A stretch of 64,000 nt of DNA from Trichoplax sp. H2 (lineage: Eukaryota), in contig NOWV01000024.1 of assembly GCA_003344405.1 (NCBI GenBank), forward strand, positions 558,001 to 622,000, read 5' to 3'. A model generated the notes under the pieces. It ran no database searches. It saw only the letters and a program-made list of their open reading frames with translations, and was not told the DNA's origin. A program made the translations under genes and the position numbers. Of this stretch, positions 1 to 15,294 are shown in pieces; the first letter of the stretch is position 1; each line of letters starts with the position of its first letter.

Positions 1-3000
1 TAGAAACATTAAATATACATGTGCGTGATCATACGATTTGCAGCACCTAGTTAGATATTACGTACCAGCATACCGCTAAGTTTCCTTAGATCCAGTTCAT
101 TTTGGTACCTGAGCACCAGGTCTCGGCAAATAGACATAGCACTTTCCCACGACTAATATACGCATAAGCAAACAAACATTCTATCTCATTGATTTTGTTT
201 TTAAGCCGATAAGTAATCGAAGTAATCGCAATGGATAAATTAAATGTACTCAATGCAGAATTTTGACGTTAAATCAAATTAATTACAACAAGCTCAAAGT
301 AGGATAAGTTTATCCAATATCTAACTATCTAACATTTCTTACAGCATATCATACCTCTCCTTGTATAAATAGATCCACAGCCATTTTATTTAATTTCTCT
401 TTTCGTTGTTCTTCCGTCTCGGCTTTATAATTAGTATGAGCAACATCGGGTAGATAATCATTGGACCACTAACAACAAAAAAATTACACATTAGATCATT
501 TACGTATTGTAAATATACTGTAACTAACATGAAGGAATGACTTTATCCGAAATGTAGCGAGAATAAAAATGAAAGCAATTTACCGTCAATTTATTCGAAT
601 AGTGCAATAGGGTATATCCCGCTTCAACAAAATTTCCTAATTTTAACTGCTCTTGATAGAACTTGTTTAAGTATCTAATAAAATATTAAATAGTCGCATT
701 CAAGAAATGCTATAAACTCTCCATGCATGTTACTATGAGCGTATTTTTTGAAATATTTGTGAATTTTAAATGTAGCCGTAGCAATTTTTAAGAGATGTGA
801 ACATTTTTATACTAGAATATTGCAGCTAAAAATCCAGTACATGTTTAGAGTTCATTGAGGAAAATATTATTTAGAAACATGAATAACTGCCTTCCAGCAT
901 ACCTGATATATAGACTCTGATAATTAATGCTGTAATAAAAGTCCTATAAAGGTGACAATTATTACAGATAATCATTAGAAATTGTTGTTGAACGTATAAA
1001 ATTTGCTTCAATTAAGCCATAATTTAGTGGAAAGAATACAAAATTTTACCAATATTCGCAGACGTAAATCGTTATTTACTAAAGCTATATAATAGTTCAC
1101 CTAACTTTTCCATTATCTCCGGTTATCATTTATCGATTTTATGAGTATCAATATAATTACAGTAAAATCTTATCTTAAGATAGCGAAAGAATTTACAATC
1201 AAACATGTTCGTTAATGATTGACAGCTTACAATGAGGTTTCTAAGGCATCGCAACTTTACATCTTGATTCTCGACATGAAAATTTCTATAATCAATCCGC
1301 CAGATAAAGGAATGAATTCAGTTTTAAAGTTAGTATTTGATACCATAAGTGGAGTGTTATGATTATTTATGATTAAATTATAAATTGAATGAAGAAGATT
1401 TTGTAGCCGGCTAGTTGCTTTAGGCTACGTGGCTATATTATATAGAAGCTAGATAAATTAGCGCAGGTACATAACTGCGTCTGATTATTGGCTAAAGCCG
1501 ATATACAGTGATTGCAATGTGTAATACATTAAGGAGTGGTAAGATTTTTTTTGCCCGCGTTACATAGTAATTAAGTATTGATAGTTTCACTCTATACTAA
1601 TCATTGTATTAATTTTAATTTAACCTTACCTATAGTCAAGTAATTTATCAATTAGATCGGTCATGTTATTAACAAACACGCGACCATGTTCATCCAGATA
1701 CTTCGAATTAAGTAACATATTGGTAAAGCTATAAAAATAACAAAATGATCTACTTAGCATTAACGGTAATAATAACTACAGAGATTCTATCCCAATATCC
1801 ATTAGAATTGAGCATCATAAAAGCAAGGTAAGGAAAATAATAAAACATTGTATTTGTCATCAATAATAGAATAAAAATATAATAAAATTCTAGTCATAAT
1901 AGGTTATTTAAATTGGGCACTTGGTTATAGAAGCAAAGATAACAGTGCGATAGTTTACATATAAGATCTCAATCAGCGTTCAGGAATATATTGGTAACTC
2001 TACAAAGATAATTAATTAGACATAACTGGACGATTTTTTTCAGGATTATTAATAGTATGACAAGTGCATAAGTTCTAAACTTAAAATTTAAGTATAGCAG
2101 TTTAGGGTTTGCTAATTATTTTCTACAATACTTACGTGTCATAGAAAATCTCTCGATATTCGTAGTCGCCTTTACCGGAATTAATTAACTCATGAGTTTT
2201 ATCGAGAGCTTCAATTTCCACCTTAGGATCAAGCAACAACATTAATGAAATCATACTCGGGAAAATGCCTAAATCCGTAAATAATTAGATAAGTATTTGA
2301 GTCTCACTTGTCTGATATCGTGATTTATTGTAAATTGGAATAGTACAATGTCAAATATTACGGTCATCATAATTTTACGTATTTCTACAAAGCAAACAGA
2401 TACAGTCAGTAACCATGTAGTAGGATAATATCTGCCCTTCAAATATGACTTTCATATACTGGAGAGTTTGATAAATATAAATTAATATCCATTACAATCA
2501 TTGCTTATAACTGCTATGACACATTTTAAGCAAATATAGATTGTTTCCGTGTCGTATTATAACCTTTTACAGGAACCATAGATAATTCCAGGATGGTTCC
2601 AATAATAGCCGGTATATGTTCTTTCCTATCATATGCTTTATAAAATCATATATGAAATTTAATCTATCATACAGCAAAATATGTATTATTTACAAAATTG
2701 CTAGGATTACTATAAGAGAAGTTGGAAATTATAATTGATTACATAATTTTGTCCAATACTCTGCCGGCTAAATTCTGTTTACCTAATAGCTCCCACATTA
2801 CAGCAATCTGTTTGGCAACTTCAATTCTTAAATCACCGTATCTAATTGAACCATTGGTTTAATATTATTTACGACAATCAGCAAAGCTTTCATTCCTTAA
2901 AATCAGAATACACTACACACAGCTATAATCAGAAAGAAAATTTTAAATTAATTAGGATGTACGTCTCTAATATTTTGTTTCTTTTGTTAGTCGAAAAAGA

Positions 3001-6000
3001 CTCCAATTGAAGAGTATTAGCCAGTATTAAGCTACTGGCAATAAAAAAGTAAGAGTCCCAAATCTAATTTTTGAAAGAAAGAATAAAAGATTAATTAGTT
3101 GTAAAAAATTCGAACTATATTGCACTGAAAAATGGGATTATTTATTAAAATAACTCCATTCCATGTAATTTATCCTTAGAATGTATCATCTACTTATAAT
3201 CGATAAATTATCTAATATTTTAAAGTTGAACTCTTTACGAAAAAAATTACAGTTGCAAGATGATAGCATAACAAGAAACTTTATTATACGCAATAACAAG
3301 GTAAAAACGATAATAAAACAGCCAATCCAATAGAATTTTATTCTTAAAAAATAACTGATTTTATACGGACGAATTGATAATGAGAGCTAATACGATCCTT
3401 ACCTGGTGATTGTAATTTTTTTGTAGGAAATTTTGAGTCATTGCTTTAGAAAGGCTACCAAGGCTTTGAATGATAACTCTGATAATAATTATCACAAAGA
3501 TGAAAGTGTGATTAGATATCAAGCATAACCTATTTTCGATCAATCTAACAATAAATTTTAGTTAACGTTACTGGAATGCTGCCAATTTGAAATAAAACCA
3601 TTCCTTAGGAAAAACTCTGTCCTCAAGTATTGATTTGAACACCAAAAACATCAAAGCTATCCGTTCCTATTTTAATACAAATGTACAGTATATAAAGTGA
3701 AGATCGATTCTTTATTTCTTTCATTTTATTGCAGTTAGAGCAATTTAAATCCATGAATATACTTTTTAACTGGCAAGACATAATGTAATCTATTAGCCAT
3801 TGATTCCGATTATAAACTGGTTTAGGACACAAAATAGATAATTATATTACCTTAATTTCTTCCCGTTTTTGGAAGCTTAAATAAAAAAATATATCATCAT
3901 TGCGACTCAACTGCAAAGTACCAAGAAAGACGACGATTGCTTTAGTCTAAAAAATTGAAGCGTAACTGTTTAAGTATCAAATTGCAAGATGGTATTATCT
4001 ATCGACAATTTTCATGGATGCATTTTAATTAAGTACATGATCATTTCCTACGGGCATTAATACACTATAGGGTATAGAAGTAAAGGGTCTAATTTAACTT
4101 ACGTAAGTTTTAGTTCCGAAATTAGACGTTGCAATTACCGCTGTAGTAATAGATTGTTGCAACTGGTTGAAGATGTGGTAATGGTGGCCTTCATTTGGTA
4201 CATTAATCTGGTAATTATAGTGCAAAATAATATTCAGTAGTTAAGGCTTCTCTCAATGATTTTTAATCCAAACTATAAATTAGGTAAACTCATGCTTCAG
4301 AGCCTCTTTATTACCATACTTGGGCTCTAGTTCAATTAAACGCAAAGGGACTTACAAATGATGTTAATTCAAGCAGATGAATCGGAATATCCAATACATC
4401 ATTCTTTTCTTCTTGTAGGGACAATCGAATATGATCATGAATTAGTCCAAGGCAATCAGGAACAATTCTAGTCTCATAGCCTGTTTGATGTACAAATTAA
4501 TCAGTTTATACTTCCTCAACAATATGAGTAAATTTGCACATACTGTTCAGGTAGTCAATATTAAGTATAACTTGTGTTAAGACAACTACACCTTTTTGCA
4601 TCCTTTAGGTATTAAGTGAAGTATTTACTAGAAATGTTAATAGAATTACCATATCTCAATAATTCCTTGTCATTTAATATCGCTGCTATCAGGTTTAACT
4701 TCTCTTGCGTTATTTCACCAATCCGATGCTTATTATTATGCATCTTAGCTAATAAACTAGAAATTATCTCAGTTTCATCACCATAGGCTTTTTTACAAGT
4801 GTGGTAAATTTCCATATAGTGAGATAAGATGAAAGCCTAATAAGTACAATAAGAGGTCGAATGAAATTTTAAGATAAAGGTTATCTGAAGATATTAAGTA
4901 CTATTACAATGCAAGCCTACTGAAAAGATTGAAATCATGACTATATAACTTTTCTATATCATTTAACCTTTATATCATTTAGGTGATCACCATCTATTTC
5001 GTACAGCTTAAGTAAATTTTTTAATATCCCGGAACAATATTTGTTAATGGTTGCTTTTTCAACTTTCCTATTAATACGAATTGTATTAGATATGTTATAA
5101 AGTTGTTAAAATACTTCTTCTAATTACTCAAATAAGCATATCTATTCGTGGATAATTTTCAAAGATCTGAGATGACAGGTATTATTCTTATTACTCTGGA
5201 CTTAAAATTGGATTAAACAGAGTGCAAGTTCAAGTAGAACGTTAGATAAACGTTACATATCAATTTAAAACTTACAGTGGATCAGCATTTATTTTAAAAT
5301 AGGACGATACCATAATTTTGAGTAATGATGGAATCATCTGCAATTGGTTAAAAGTAAAGAAGTTTGAATTATTTATTAAGAATGGGTTAGAAGCGCGATT
5401 GATGGGGCACACTCGTTATATCAAATAGCACTCTCAGGGAAAAGTTGTACTCATTATTTCTTTATTAGTATTAGCGGTTAGTTCTAGGACATTACAATTA
5501 AATTTAACTACAGGCTCATTTTATTCCCAGAATATAAGCCTACCACTAAAATGCGATATAAGGTAGATTCTAACTGCCTTTATCATGTACTTAACATCGA
5601 TATCATTAACTGTGATTGTACAAGTATACGAGCATGCCGTATAATAGCAGTATCATAAGAAATTATACTCGGATAAATTAATGGTCATTTATAGATTGTG
5701 CTACTGTCTTAATTTATACTATCTAATTAGACTAACAGCTCCTCCTATACCGTATTGGAGTCATATCAAATTACTTATGGCGATGCCATCACAACGACTG
5801 TTTGTACCTTGAAATCATTCCTGCTATCTGATGAAAGATCGCCAGCAACTATCAGATCTAATCGTCTCATGATATAGTTGAAAATATACCTGCATCCAAC
5901 AAAAAAATTGTTAAAAAACTGAAGAATTCCGTAAGCCAAATATGATATTTTGTTGGCTATGTAAAAACACAATATATCTCAAGAAAAATTCCTAGCCCGT

Positions 6001-9000
6001 ACGTTAATATTTGGAAATAAAACTAACACTCAATTACAGTTCTTAAAAGATCTACGATGCATAATTACCGATATACATTACTAGTAGTGATGTGTCTATT
6101 TGTATAGGTATCCAAAAATTTTGGAGATGTGTTTGCATCATGTTTTTCGATTACGCGAATGATGCTGATCTAAGATGTCGAAATGATACCGTTAAAATTA
6201 CACCCAGCAATCTATTATCAACACAGCATACTGTCTCTAATGATAAATGATAGCGTAGCTGCTGAAACTTGATCTAAATCAGCTTCATCAGTATTGCTTA
6301 ATAGTATTACCAAACATTCCATGGCTTTTGCAGCGTAGTGCTCGCTCTTACTTTCACTTATTAATTCGAGAAGAGAGTTCAAGGTCCTTGTTGCAAACTG
6401 AACAATGTTCGCACGACGAATTACATTCAATGTAATGAAAACAGCAATTAAGATTATCAACTACAACTATTTGCTTATACCTTTAGGAGATCGCCCTCTT
6501 TCAATCTACTAAACGTTTCAAGAGTAATGGCCAAAGCGGTACTTTCATTACGCCAATTAAATATTCGTAAGAAATTGACTATCATATTCAACAGAAATTT
6601 TTTAGGTAAGGTAAACTTGCTAAATCACAAGCAACTTAATCAATTCTATTCCCAATTAAATCTCATCAATTTGAGATATAAATAATTAGAATATTTACCA
6701 TCTTGCGTTAGCTGAGTAGAACGAAATTGTATTGACACCGTCGTAGTCTCATCTTTAGATGCAAACGAAGCTCGACGAGTCTTAGGAGCTGGTGTGACTT
6801 CGTCTGATACAATTTCTCCTTTATCCTAGTTTAAGTAATCCAATAGATTAGAATACCAATACTAATTGTCATAGAAAGATATCAACATCTTTTGGGGTAA
6901 TATCGCTGATTTATATCTTCTTGCTGGTAATTAATACTCTTAAAATAGGGTGCAAAACTAGAAACTGGTAGATATTTAACTAATTTCATGCTACTTATGC
7001 AAAAGATTAGTTTATAGCGGCGAATTAATAGTAATATCTTTAAAAAGTAGTTGATATTCTTAAAGTAGGACTTAAAAAATAGAAAATAATCGTTGTTTGC
7101 CTAATTTTGTACAATAAGTGATAAAAATTTTGTTAACAATCTTAATTGCAATAGAAAGTTCTTTTTAAAAAGGGTATTTAAAAAATTAATAGAACTACCT
7201 TGTGTACTTTTAACATATAGACGCCGTCATTTAAGACAGTTCCATTAGGCTTTAAAAGTTTCAAGTAAGATATCCCTATTGCCCGATCTCTGTCTGTTAT
7301 ATAAGGGAATAAACGCAAATTGATAAAATAAATTCGCTATTCCTGATCGCAGTTTACATCTAACAGTACATTATTAATTCTTACACGTCAATGAAATGAA
7401 AAAGTTTTAAATAATCAGGTCGTGTGAAATATTTTAGTTCGGTGTCATTTCGTCAGCAATACTATTCAGCAATTTTAGATACTTATCTACGTCAATTTTA
7501 CAATGACGTCTGATATAATATGGCAAGCTATGAACTAATAAGATTTAGATAGATTTACATCATAGAATCAGTCATAGCTACCTAATTAAATAACTTAACA
7601 TTAATACAGTACAAGTGCATTAATTTTGTCATTGTTAGTATTTTGAAACTTTAAAATATTGTTGATATAACTTAACGACGGAATTATTAGAGTTAAGTGG
7701 CATTAAAATAATTTAGATTTAATAGATTGATTTTATTATGTTTTAAAAATAATTGATTACCTCTCGATGAGCGATGCTGTACCTCGAATTTGAGGTAATA
7801 GTTATCTAAGGTTTCATTTGGAATTGTGATCTAGTAGGATGCAATATAATAAATTACATGAAAACTTTTCGATTCGCTAAGTTTTATATCCCATTATTGT
7901 AACACCGATGAATAATTTGTAATATAATAGTGACTACAAAGGTAGAAATTACCTTAAAAGTCTCCTTCCATTGCGGATCGTTATCATGATAAATAACGTA
8001 AGTTGAAAGTGATGTAAATCGTTCACTATTAGCACCTTGAGAGAAACACCCCTGAACGATATACACAAATAAAGAAATCGCTTAGGCTATGATTGTAAGC
8101 TATAGTAATCCTTTTCCTCGGAATTGATCAAATAGATAATACAATAAAAAACTTACTGGTAACGGCCGCTTTGTGGTTTTAGAAATAAGGCTAACGATCA
8201 TTTCAATATTGCTTTCACTGGATCGATCTCCTTTTCGTTTTACAACGAATGAACGAATTTCAGAGTATAAAAATTTATTGAATGACTTATAGAACAAAGA
8301 TTACTAGTTAAAAAAACGATGCTTACTTCCTATTTCAGTTTTAATCACCGTAACAAATAGCTCATTAACAGGCAGTCCTATGAATCACAGCATAAATGTG
8401 AGGATAGCATCGTTACATTAATACTGACTAAATTTTGTAGACGTCGATCAATATTAATTTTACGCAATCAAGCACAAAGGAATTCGAAAGCAAAGCTGTA
8501 TTAAAACTTTAAATGTAATCTATACCTGGCCTTTTCCAATCAAGGTACCCTACGTTTGGTATTATGCTTGCTTCACTAAACTCGAGACGATGATGCTTCT
8601 TAAGCTATTATAGACGCCAATAATATCATGGTATTATGTTTCATTTGTCAATATATCAAACAAATTAGCAACGTATTTATCTTTGAGGCTCTTCAGCTAT
8701 TTTGATAATACCTCATGAAAGTCTCCTGGCAGAATCATTTTAGTTCCTTTTATTTCTAAGTAAAGGCGAAAGCATAAGTTAAAATATGGCAAAATGTAAC
8801 TAAATGATAAACAGCAGACTGATGTAGATAAATTTCCATGATAGTAAATGAAAATAGTCGAGCTATATGTGAATTAAGATTAAGTTTTAAACGTTGCCTA
8901 CTGAATATTTCTGCTGTAAATGAACTGTCTTTGGTCAATTTTTCGATAAGCATTTCATGATAATTGGCGAAGTGATCGCGATCTTTGTTTTCATATCTAC

Positions 9001-12000
9001 ACATTAGGCAAGATTTCAATCGATACGCATAAATACATATATTTAACCCTTTAACAAAAACTAATAACATGAGAGGATGATAAATTATTGCCAACTTACG
9101 TGTAGCCAGTCAAATCCAATTGATCAGAATTGTTGTTGGCTACCATCTGAGCAACACTACAGACTAAAAATCATGAAGAAAATTATTGCTTTTAGTTTAA
9201 AGATTGTATCCTGAACTATATATATCAAGGTCAGGATTTTGCTACTAGCTATATAACTGAATTTGGTAGCGCATCATGCTATATATTGTTGAATTAACGA
9301 TTTTGTTGTACCTGCGCAGCCATAAGGCTGCCTATATAAAAATTTCGAACGAACAGTTGGTGCATTGCTTTTAGATATGGGAGCTGAAATTGAATTAGAG
9401 ACAAACATTTTAAGAAAGATAGTATCTTAATATTTTGCAATATTTACAGTTTTATATCGACTGATTATAATTAATAGTCAAAGTCTTGTTATTTGCAAAG
9501 CTACTCAGTTACTATGATGGATCTTACCCTTTTTTATAACACGAAAAACAACGTATAAATTCTTGACAGAAGCTTCATAAAGGATTTCCTGTAAGCATTT
9601 AAATATAAATTTTATAATTCGCTACTAAATTTAGATTACATACAGTATATTAAAGCGCTTAAAATCATAGTAATTATGCTAAAATTACCGTAAAAATGAA
9701 TTTGATATTTCCAATTTTTGTTGGATCTGTTGGCTGTGCATCTTCCGTTAAGCTGATAACGTAGCTATCACTAAATCATTAAATATCAACGTTTCTCACT
9801 CAAATTTTTACGCCTTAAGTCGCATCTTTCACATTTTATAGTTAATAACTGCTTAATATAAAATAAATTTACCTAGTAAAGCGATTATATTCGGCATCAT
9901 ATAATCTTACAATAACCTCAGATGTATCGCTTAACGTCCACTGGAAAGTCTCTAACTTAATCAGTATATGGAGCGAATCTCCCATTACATAGGCCTTCTA
10001 TAATTATAAATTGAAGAATGCATGGTAAAATATACGGACGATTATGCTAGTAAATCTTCAGTTTCTGTCTTTTATGGTATTGGATTTAATACTAGAAATG
10101 GCATTTGACACTTATAATTCATAATTAATAAAGTACGATTTCTGAGCTGTTTCATACCTTTTCATGCTTTTCCTTTTCGGAACCTTCACGGTACTGTAAT
10201 GATAGAAATAGAGAAAATTCAATTTTATATTTGAGGTAACGTTATCACTAAATCTATGCATACATATATCAAGTTAAGATGATCATCTAATCTGTGGAAC
10301 TACCAGTGTATATAATTGTGCCAAATTTAAGTTGTCCGCCTTTACTGGTAAATTATTTTTGCGAGGAATGACATCAAAATTAAGATTCCTATAAAATAAT
10401 TTTAGTGAAATTATCAAAGCAATTAGACAAAAACGTTCATTATAACCAATGAATTACAGCAATTTATCGAGCTCGGACTGTGCAGATTAGATTGTTGTAA
10501 TATACCAAGGTCAACTGATGAAATTTGATTACTAAATGTAATCATGATTGAGTCTACTATCTTATAAATCACAACAGGCAAACATCATCGCATCGTTAAA
10601 TATAAAAGACGATTTAGTTTATAAGTACAGGTATAGTATCACTATTAATTGCCAGTGAAATGGCTATTAGGCTTTAGCTATATTTGAAATCCTGTTATCA
10701 TTATTTTAAGTGATGAAATCGAACAGAAATATCACTATTGAGCCTTACTTATTGGTATCATCAATGATTTGGATAGCTTCTTTCTTCAAAGCTTCCACTT
10801 GATACTATCAGTATATGAAATTAATTGCAATAAAATTGGGTATAATAACATCGTGCTACATAGAGATTTAGATAAAATGTTAGAATAGGTTAAGTACCTG
10901 TGAATAATAACGATAATCCAAAATTTTGTCACGTAATTTTATAAGTTGATCTGATTTTTGGCCAATAGTATGAATAATGTAACGATTTTCAAGATTCTAT
11001 AATTCCATTAATAATAATGCGATTAAAACGTTAGTTAATAATTAATTAATTAGGCCCTCAATTCTTGAAACAATCAAATATGACAGTCCAAATAATTTCA
11101 AGTTTATAATACTCTATGCACTAGATTACAGTAATTTAAGCGGCACAGAATCAAATTATAAACTGTTTACAAAAAATTCATCGGAAATACCTTAAATCGG
11201 CTATCCCATGAATCTGACCAGTCTCGAATAGTATCAACAATTTCATCAGCCACAGTGTTAGTTCCATTAAAGCGCCTTGATAATATTAAATGCATTAACG
11301 TTTTTAAAGACTTTTCGAAATCAGCGTATTACATTGGTATTTGTAAATTTTCGACAGGTCATGAATTTAATTCAACCGATATATATGTATCGTACACTTA
11401 CAAGTTTAAGCTTTCATCAATTATTTCTACATGAGATTTAGGAAATATACCCTAGCAAATATGAAATGTCATACAATACTAATCAGTTTTAGTCATCTTT
11501 ACTCCAAATTTATATATCTAATAAAAACTACGTTTGATAGATTTAACATTGTAAAATTAATTGAAATTACGAAAAATAACACTATCTAAGATTGTCTGAC
11601 TTAAAGCAGTTGAAGTGATTATCACTTATTGTGCAGGGTTTAGCTTAAATTCTTTTAATTTTTATATTTTTAAATTTTTTAATAGTCATTAGGCATTACT
11701 AAAAAGACAAAAAGTTCAAGTCTTCATCCTACATAACTTGTAAGCTACTGCAAGATGTTGAGGATTACGCTGAAAACTCACGATCGACCTCAAAAAATTA
11801 TATTGCCATATACTATATGCTACGTTGGATGTATTCGTTGTAATTTTGTTACAGACTCATTAAATGCTAGGAGAGTATTATATTGAGGCATTTAGAATTG
11901 AAAAATAATTACTTTCGATATTGTTTTTTGTATTTCTTTTGATGATTGAATGTGTCATAAATTGATTTTATGTGGAATATTACTGTATAGGATAGATGAT

Positions 12001-12730
12001 ATGGTAGGAACAAGAGATATGACAAATTTAAACAAAATTACGAAAAATAGAGTAGTTGGACAGGATGTAATGCTTTCCTGCAAAAATCCTAATTTACTAT
12101 GTCGTCTAAGTGTGATTTTCGTTACGATATAAAATTCTCATATGGAGTCAAAAGAAAAAAATAGTATAAAGAAGACTATAGCTATGGCCTTAAGCTGTAT
12201 CTACCGAAAGTATTATCTATTGATTACTTCGACCTTACCCGAATATGATCATGATTGACTACCTCACCAAATATCCATCCTGCCAATAATAAAGATACAC
12301 ATGAAATAAGATGTTTCGTTTCATATTACTCTAACAGATAATTACTAAGTGATTTAATTTGCTGTTTATGCCGTTACTAATCTGATTTTTATACTTGATA
12401 ATACATATATAAACTATCCATAATAATTAGTCATTATCAGTATGACCGTAATCATCACACTTTTACCTTGATACTCCGATTCGATGATAATGCGATCACC
12501 AATGTCGATATTAATTCCATGTAAAATTTTAGATCCATCGAAAGGATGAATAGCTAATGAATGAAACGAAAATACCTTAGTTCATCGTATAAAAATTAGA
12601 TAATGCTTCATTTATCTTCTATAATTGACACCGATGACTAGCGATTAAACGTATGAGTTTAAACGATTCTGGTCACCTAATTTATTTTACCTCGACCTTG
12701 TACTTTACAAAACATAAACTTATCCATCAT
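1..12730 (-). CDS. DOCK-A/B family (DOCK1-5-like) Rac guanine nucleotide exchange factor, SH3 + DHR1(C2) + DHR2; many small exons; 3' end lies beyond the left edge
   Basis: Manual splicing. Exon 1 12730-12691 (MMDKFMFCKVQGR) joins in phase to SH3 exons AIHPFDGSKILHGINIDIGDRIIIESEYQ / GWIFGEVVNHDHIR / GIFPKSHVEII, then ADEIVDTIRDWSDSW. DHR1-like exons at ~7200-8380: NELFVTVIKTEIG, VIYHDNDPQWKETFK, ITIPNETLDNYYLKFEVQHRSS, AIGISYLKLLKPNGTVLNDGVYMLKVHK. DHR2-like exons at ~66-675: YLNKFYQEQLKLGNFVEAGYTLLHYS, WSNDYLP...QRKEKL, SWESAMSICRDLVLRYQNE. These match DOCK180-family motifs recalled from knowledge. Not every internal exon was phase-checked. Confidence 0.88.
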
Positions 12731-15294
12731 CAAGGGTTTAAGATTTACGCTATAGGTATCTATGAGGGTATGATTCCATTTGGAGCAATGTAATGTCCAT
12801 TTATTTTATCTTATCAGATGAAATAGCTACAAGCGGGAATGTTTTATAATCCTGTACCGTAGCGCACAGTAATGCTAGACTTATAAATCAATCTTGATGT
12901 ATTTCGCTACTTATGAAGAAACAATTCATTTCCTTTACCATACATATATTTTCATGTCAGACGAAGTATTCATACTATTATTTATGATATGTTGCCCAAT
13001 TTATTTATTGATCATCATTCGCCTATATTAAATTATTTATGCAGATAAGTCTAATCTTGTACGGGAAATGGCTCTGAAATGGCTCTATCTCTAGTACCGG
13101 ATTAACGAATTGTAATCGTGAATAATTGATTCATTATTGTTAGTCTACTGCTTATAAATCATCTAATTTGGAGCAAGGATGATCCCATTCCACTACTTAG
13201 TCTACTATTTAATGGAGGCTATAGTTACCTATCGCTTGTTGATTTTTCAATGTCATGACGATGATAATCCAATATTCTTCAAATCAACCTGTCTTTAATT
13301 CGTTCCGTTTATAAGAAGTAATCAATCTTCAAACCTTCATACGTATAAGATTTCTTCAACAATTTATGTATGCAATCAATTACTGGAAATTGGATAATAC
13401 GCAAACGTTAATTATTAGGAGTAAATTAAAAGTTTTTAGACAACTTCCGTCATGGATGAGAAAAATTACTTTACTCCTGAAATCGTGATGTTAATGAGAC
13501 CGTAGTAGAGAGTTGCAATGGCAACGGTGCTCTCGGCTCGCATACAAATTACTATGTTACAAGTCCAGACAGTAGCGAGTTTATTTCGCAACATAGGGTG
13601 GGCAGGGCCTGCTCATTTGAGATCATAGATTGTTATTATGGGATTGTCTACTATACAAACTCTGACAATGATATTGGAAAACCCAATGGTGTCGGTCAAT
13701 ATCGATCGTGTAAGCTTGTATGGTTGAATAAGTTATTCTCTCTCTCTACTTTCTAATCGTTGACTAGATGGTTAAAATGAATTCTAAATCCAAATGATGA
13801 GTATGGTATGGCTTCATAAGCAACAGGTTGTAATAAATCGATATATACCTTCAAGCTAGAGATGGGATCCACGATCGACTAGCTCTATTTGATATAATAT
13901 ACTCATGTATGCAGTACTGTTTGGGTATATCTACTGCATTCGACTTGAACACCATGAAAAGTTCTCAACTTCAAGATGGGATTAAATTGGAATTCATCAG
14001 ATCTGCTGTTCTACTCGCTGTTCCATTGATCTACAGTAATCAGGGAATCTTTCTCCCTTATTCTGCCTTAATGATCATAAACTGGTACAGACGACTTCAA
14101 GATGGATGCAACGATAATGCTATAGTTTATAGCTCCATATTAAAATGATGAAAAGAAGCCACAGTAGTCTCCAGTAGTGGAGCATTTGCTTCCAATGGTC
14201 CAGGTGGATCTATTATGGCATTGCGTTAATCAAATTGGTAGAGCTACATTGAGAATATAGCCATGGAAGGAATTACGACCTATTTAGAAAGGGATTGATC
14301 GGCATATAATAGTACGAGTCTCAGTGATCAACATCTCCAAGCCAAATTTACACCGCCCAATTGAGAAAATAACAGATGAGCGCTGTTCATGACTGTGTTG
14401 ACTACTGAGTGTATTGTATATCTTACAAGAACGTTTAATGATAGTTTAGACTTTTCACTACATTATTTAAGGCATTACAGCGTATTGGAAAAGATAACTT
14501 GTAGTTTAATCAGCGATTTCTCCAACGACTGTTAGTCGACACTATAAAGCCATACATTATAGTCAATTCCTACCAACTACTATTGTACATTATTACTTGC
14601 AATACCGGAAGCAACTTAATAGAGTCGACAGCCGTAGTTCGATGCTATGCCAAACGGTAAAGCAGCCCCAAAATTAGTTTAAGTTAGAAGATGGATAAAT
14701 GAATATAGTCTAAAAGATATATTGCAGTATTTTATTTGCATGCCTTTTGGCCATAATGTTTTCGGTGTATAAATAGAAGCACTTAATATATATATGGCAG
14801 AAATAAAGAGATAGGACAGGGTAGTCCTCGGTAAAAGTATCGATTTATGCTTATGTAATAAAGTGAAGTTCAACAAGATATAGTAATCGTGTTCTATTAA
14901 TCAATTTATTTCCATGACTCTTGTGATATTACCACGGTACAAAATACCATCAAGAGACGGATAGATTACTCAATTGCATGAGTTTATGTTTTCATTTGGT
15001 GACTGCGATGAAGCAGGCCAATGGTGACATTGAACAAATGATTTAAGGGATGAAAGTATTCTAAAACAGTTTCATAATACAGTATGGTGCAGTGTTTTAC
15101 CGTTAACTCGATGGCCATTTGAGTTCAAGGCTTTAAGCTGTTTTAAAATCTAGTTTAACTTAAAGCAGGACACGGTTTTCGATTAGTATTTGCTATTTAG
15201 CAATACCGCTATTTTCTAAATGCCATTTTAAAATCTCTGGTTAGGATATTTTTAATTCTGTGTTTAATGAGCATACAGCATGTCAATAGGTGTA

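Noticed and set aside
3361..12132. Multiple short ORFs in the left 12 kb as independent genes
   Set aside because: They are single DOCK exons with intron read-through, or chance AT-rich intronic frames.
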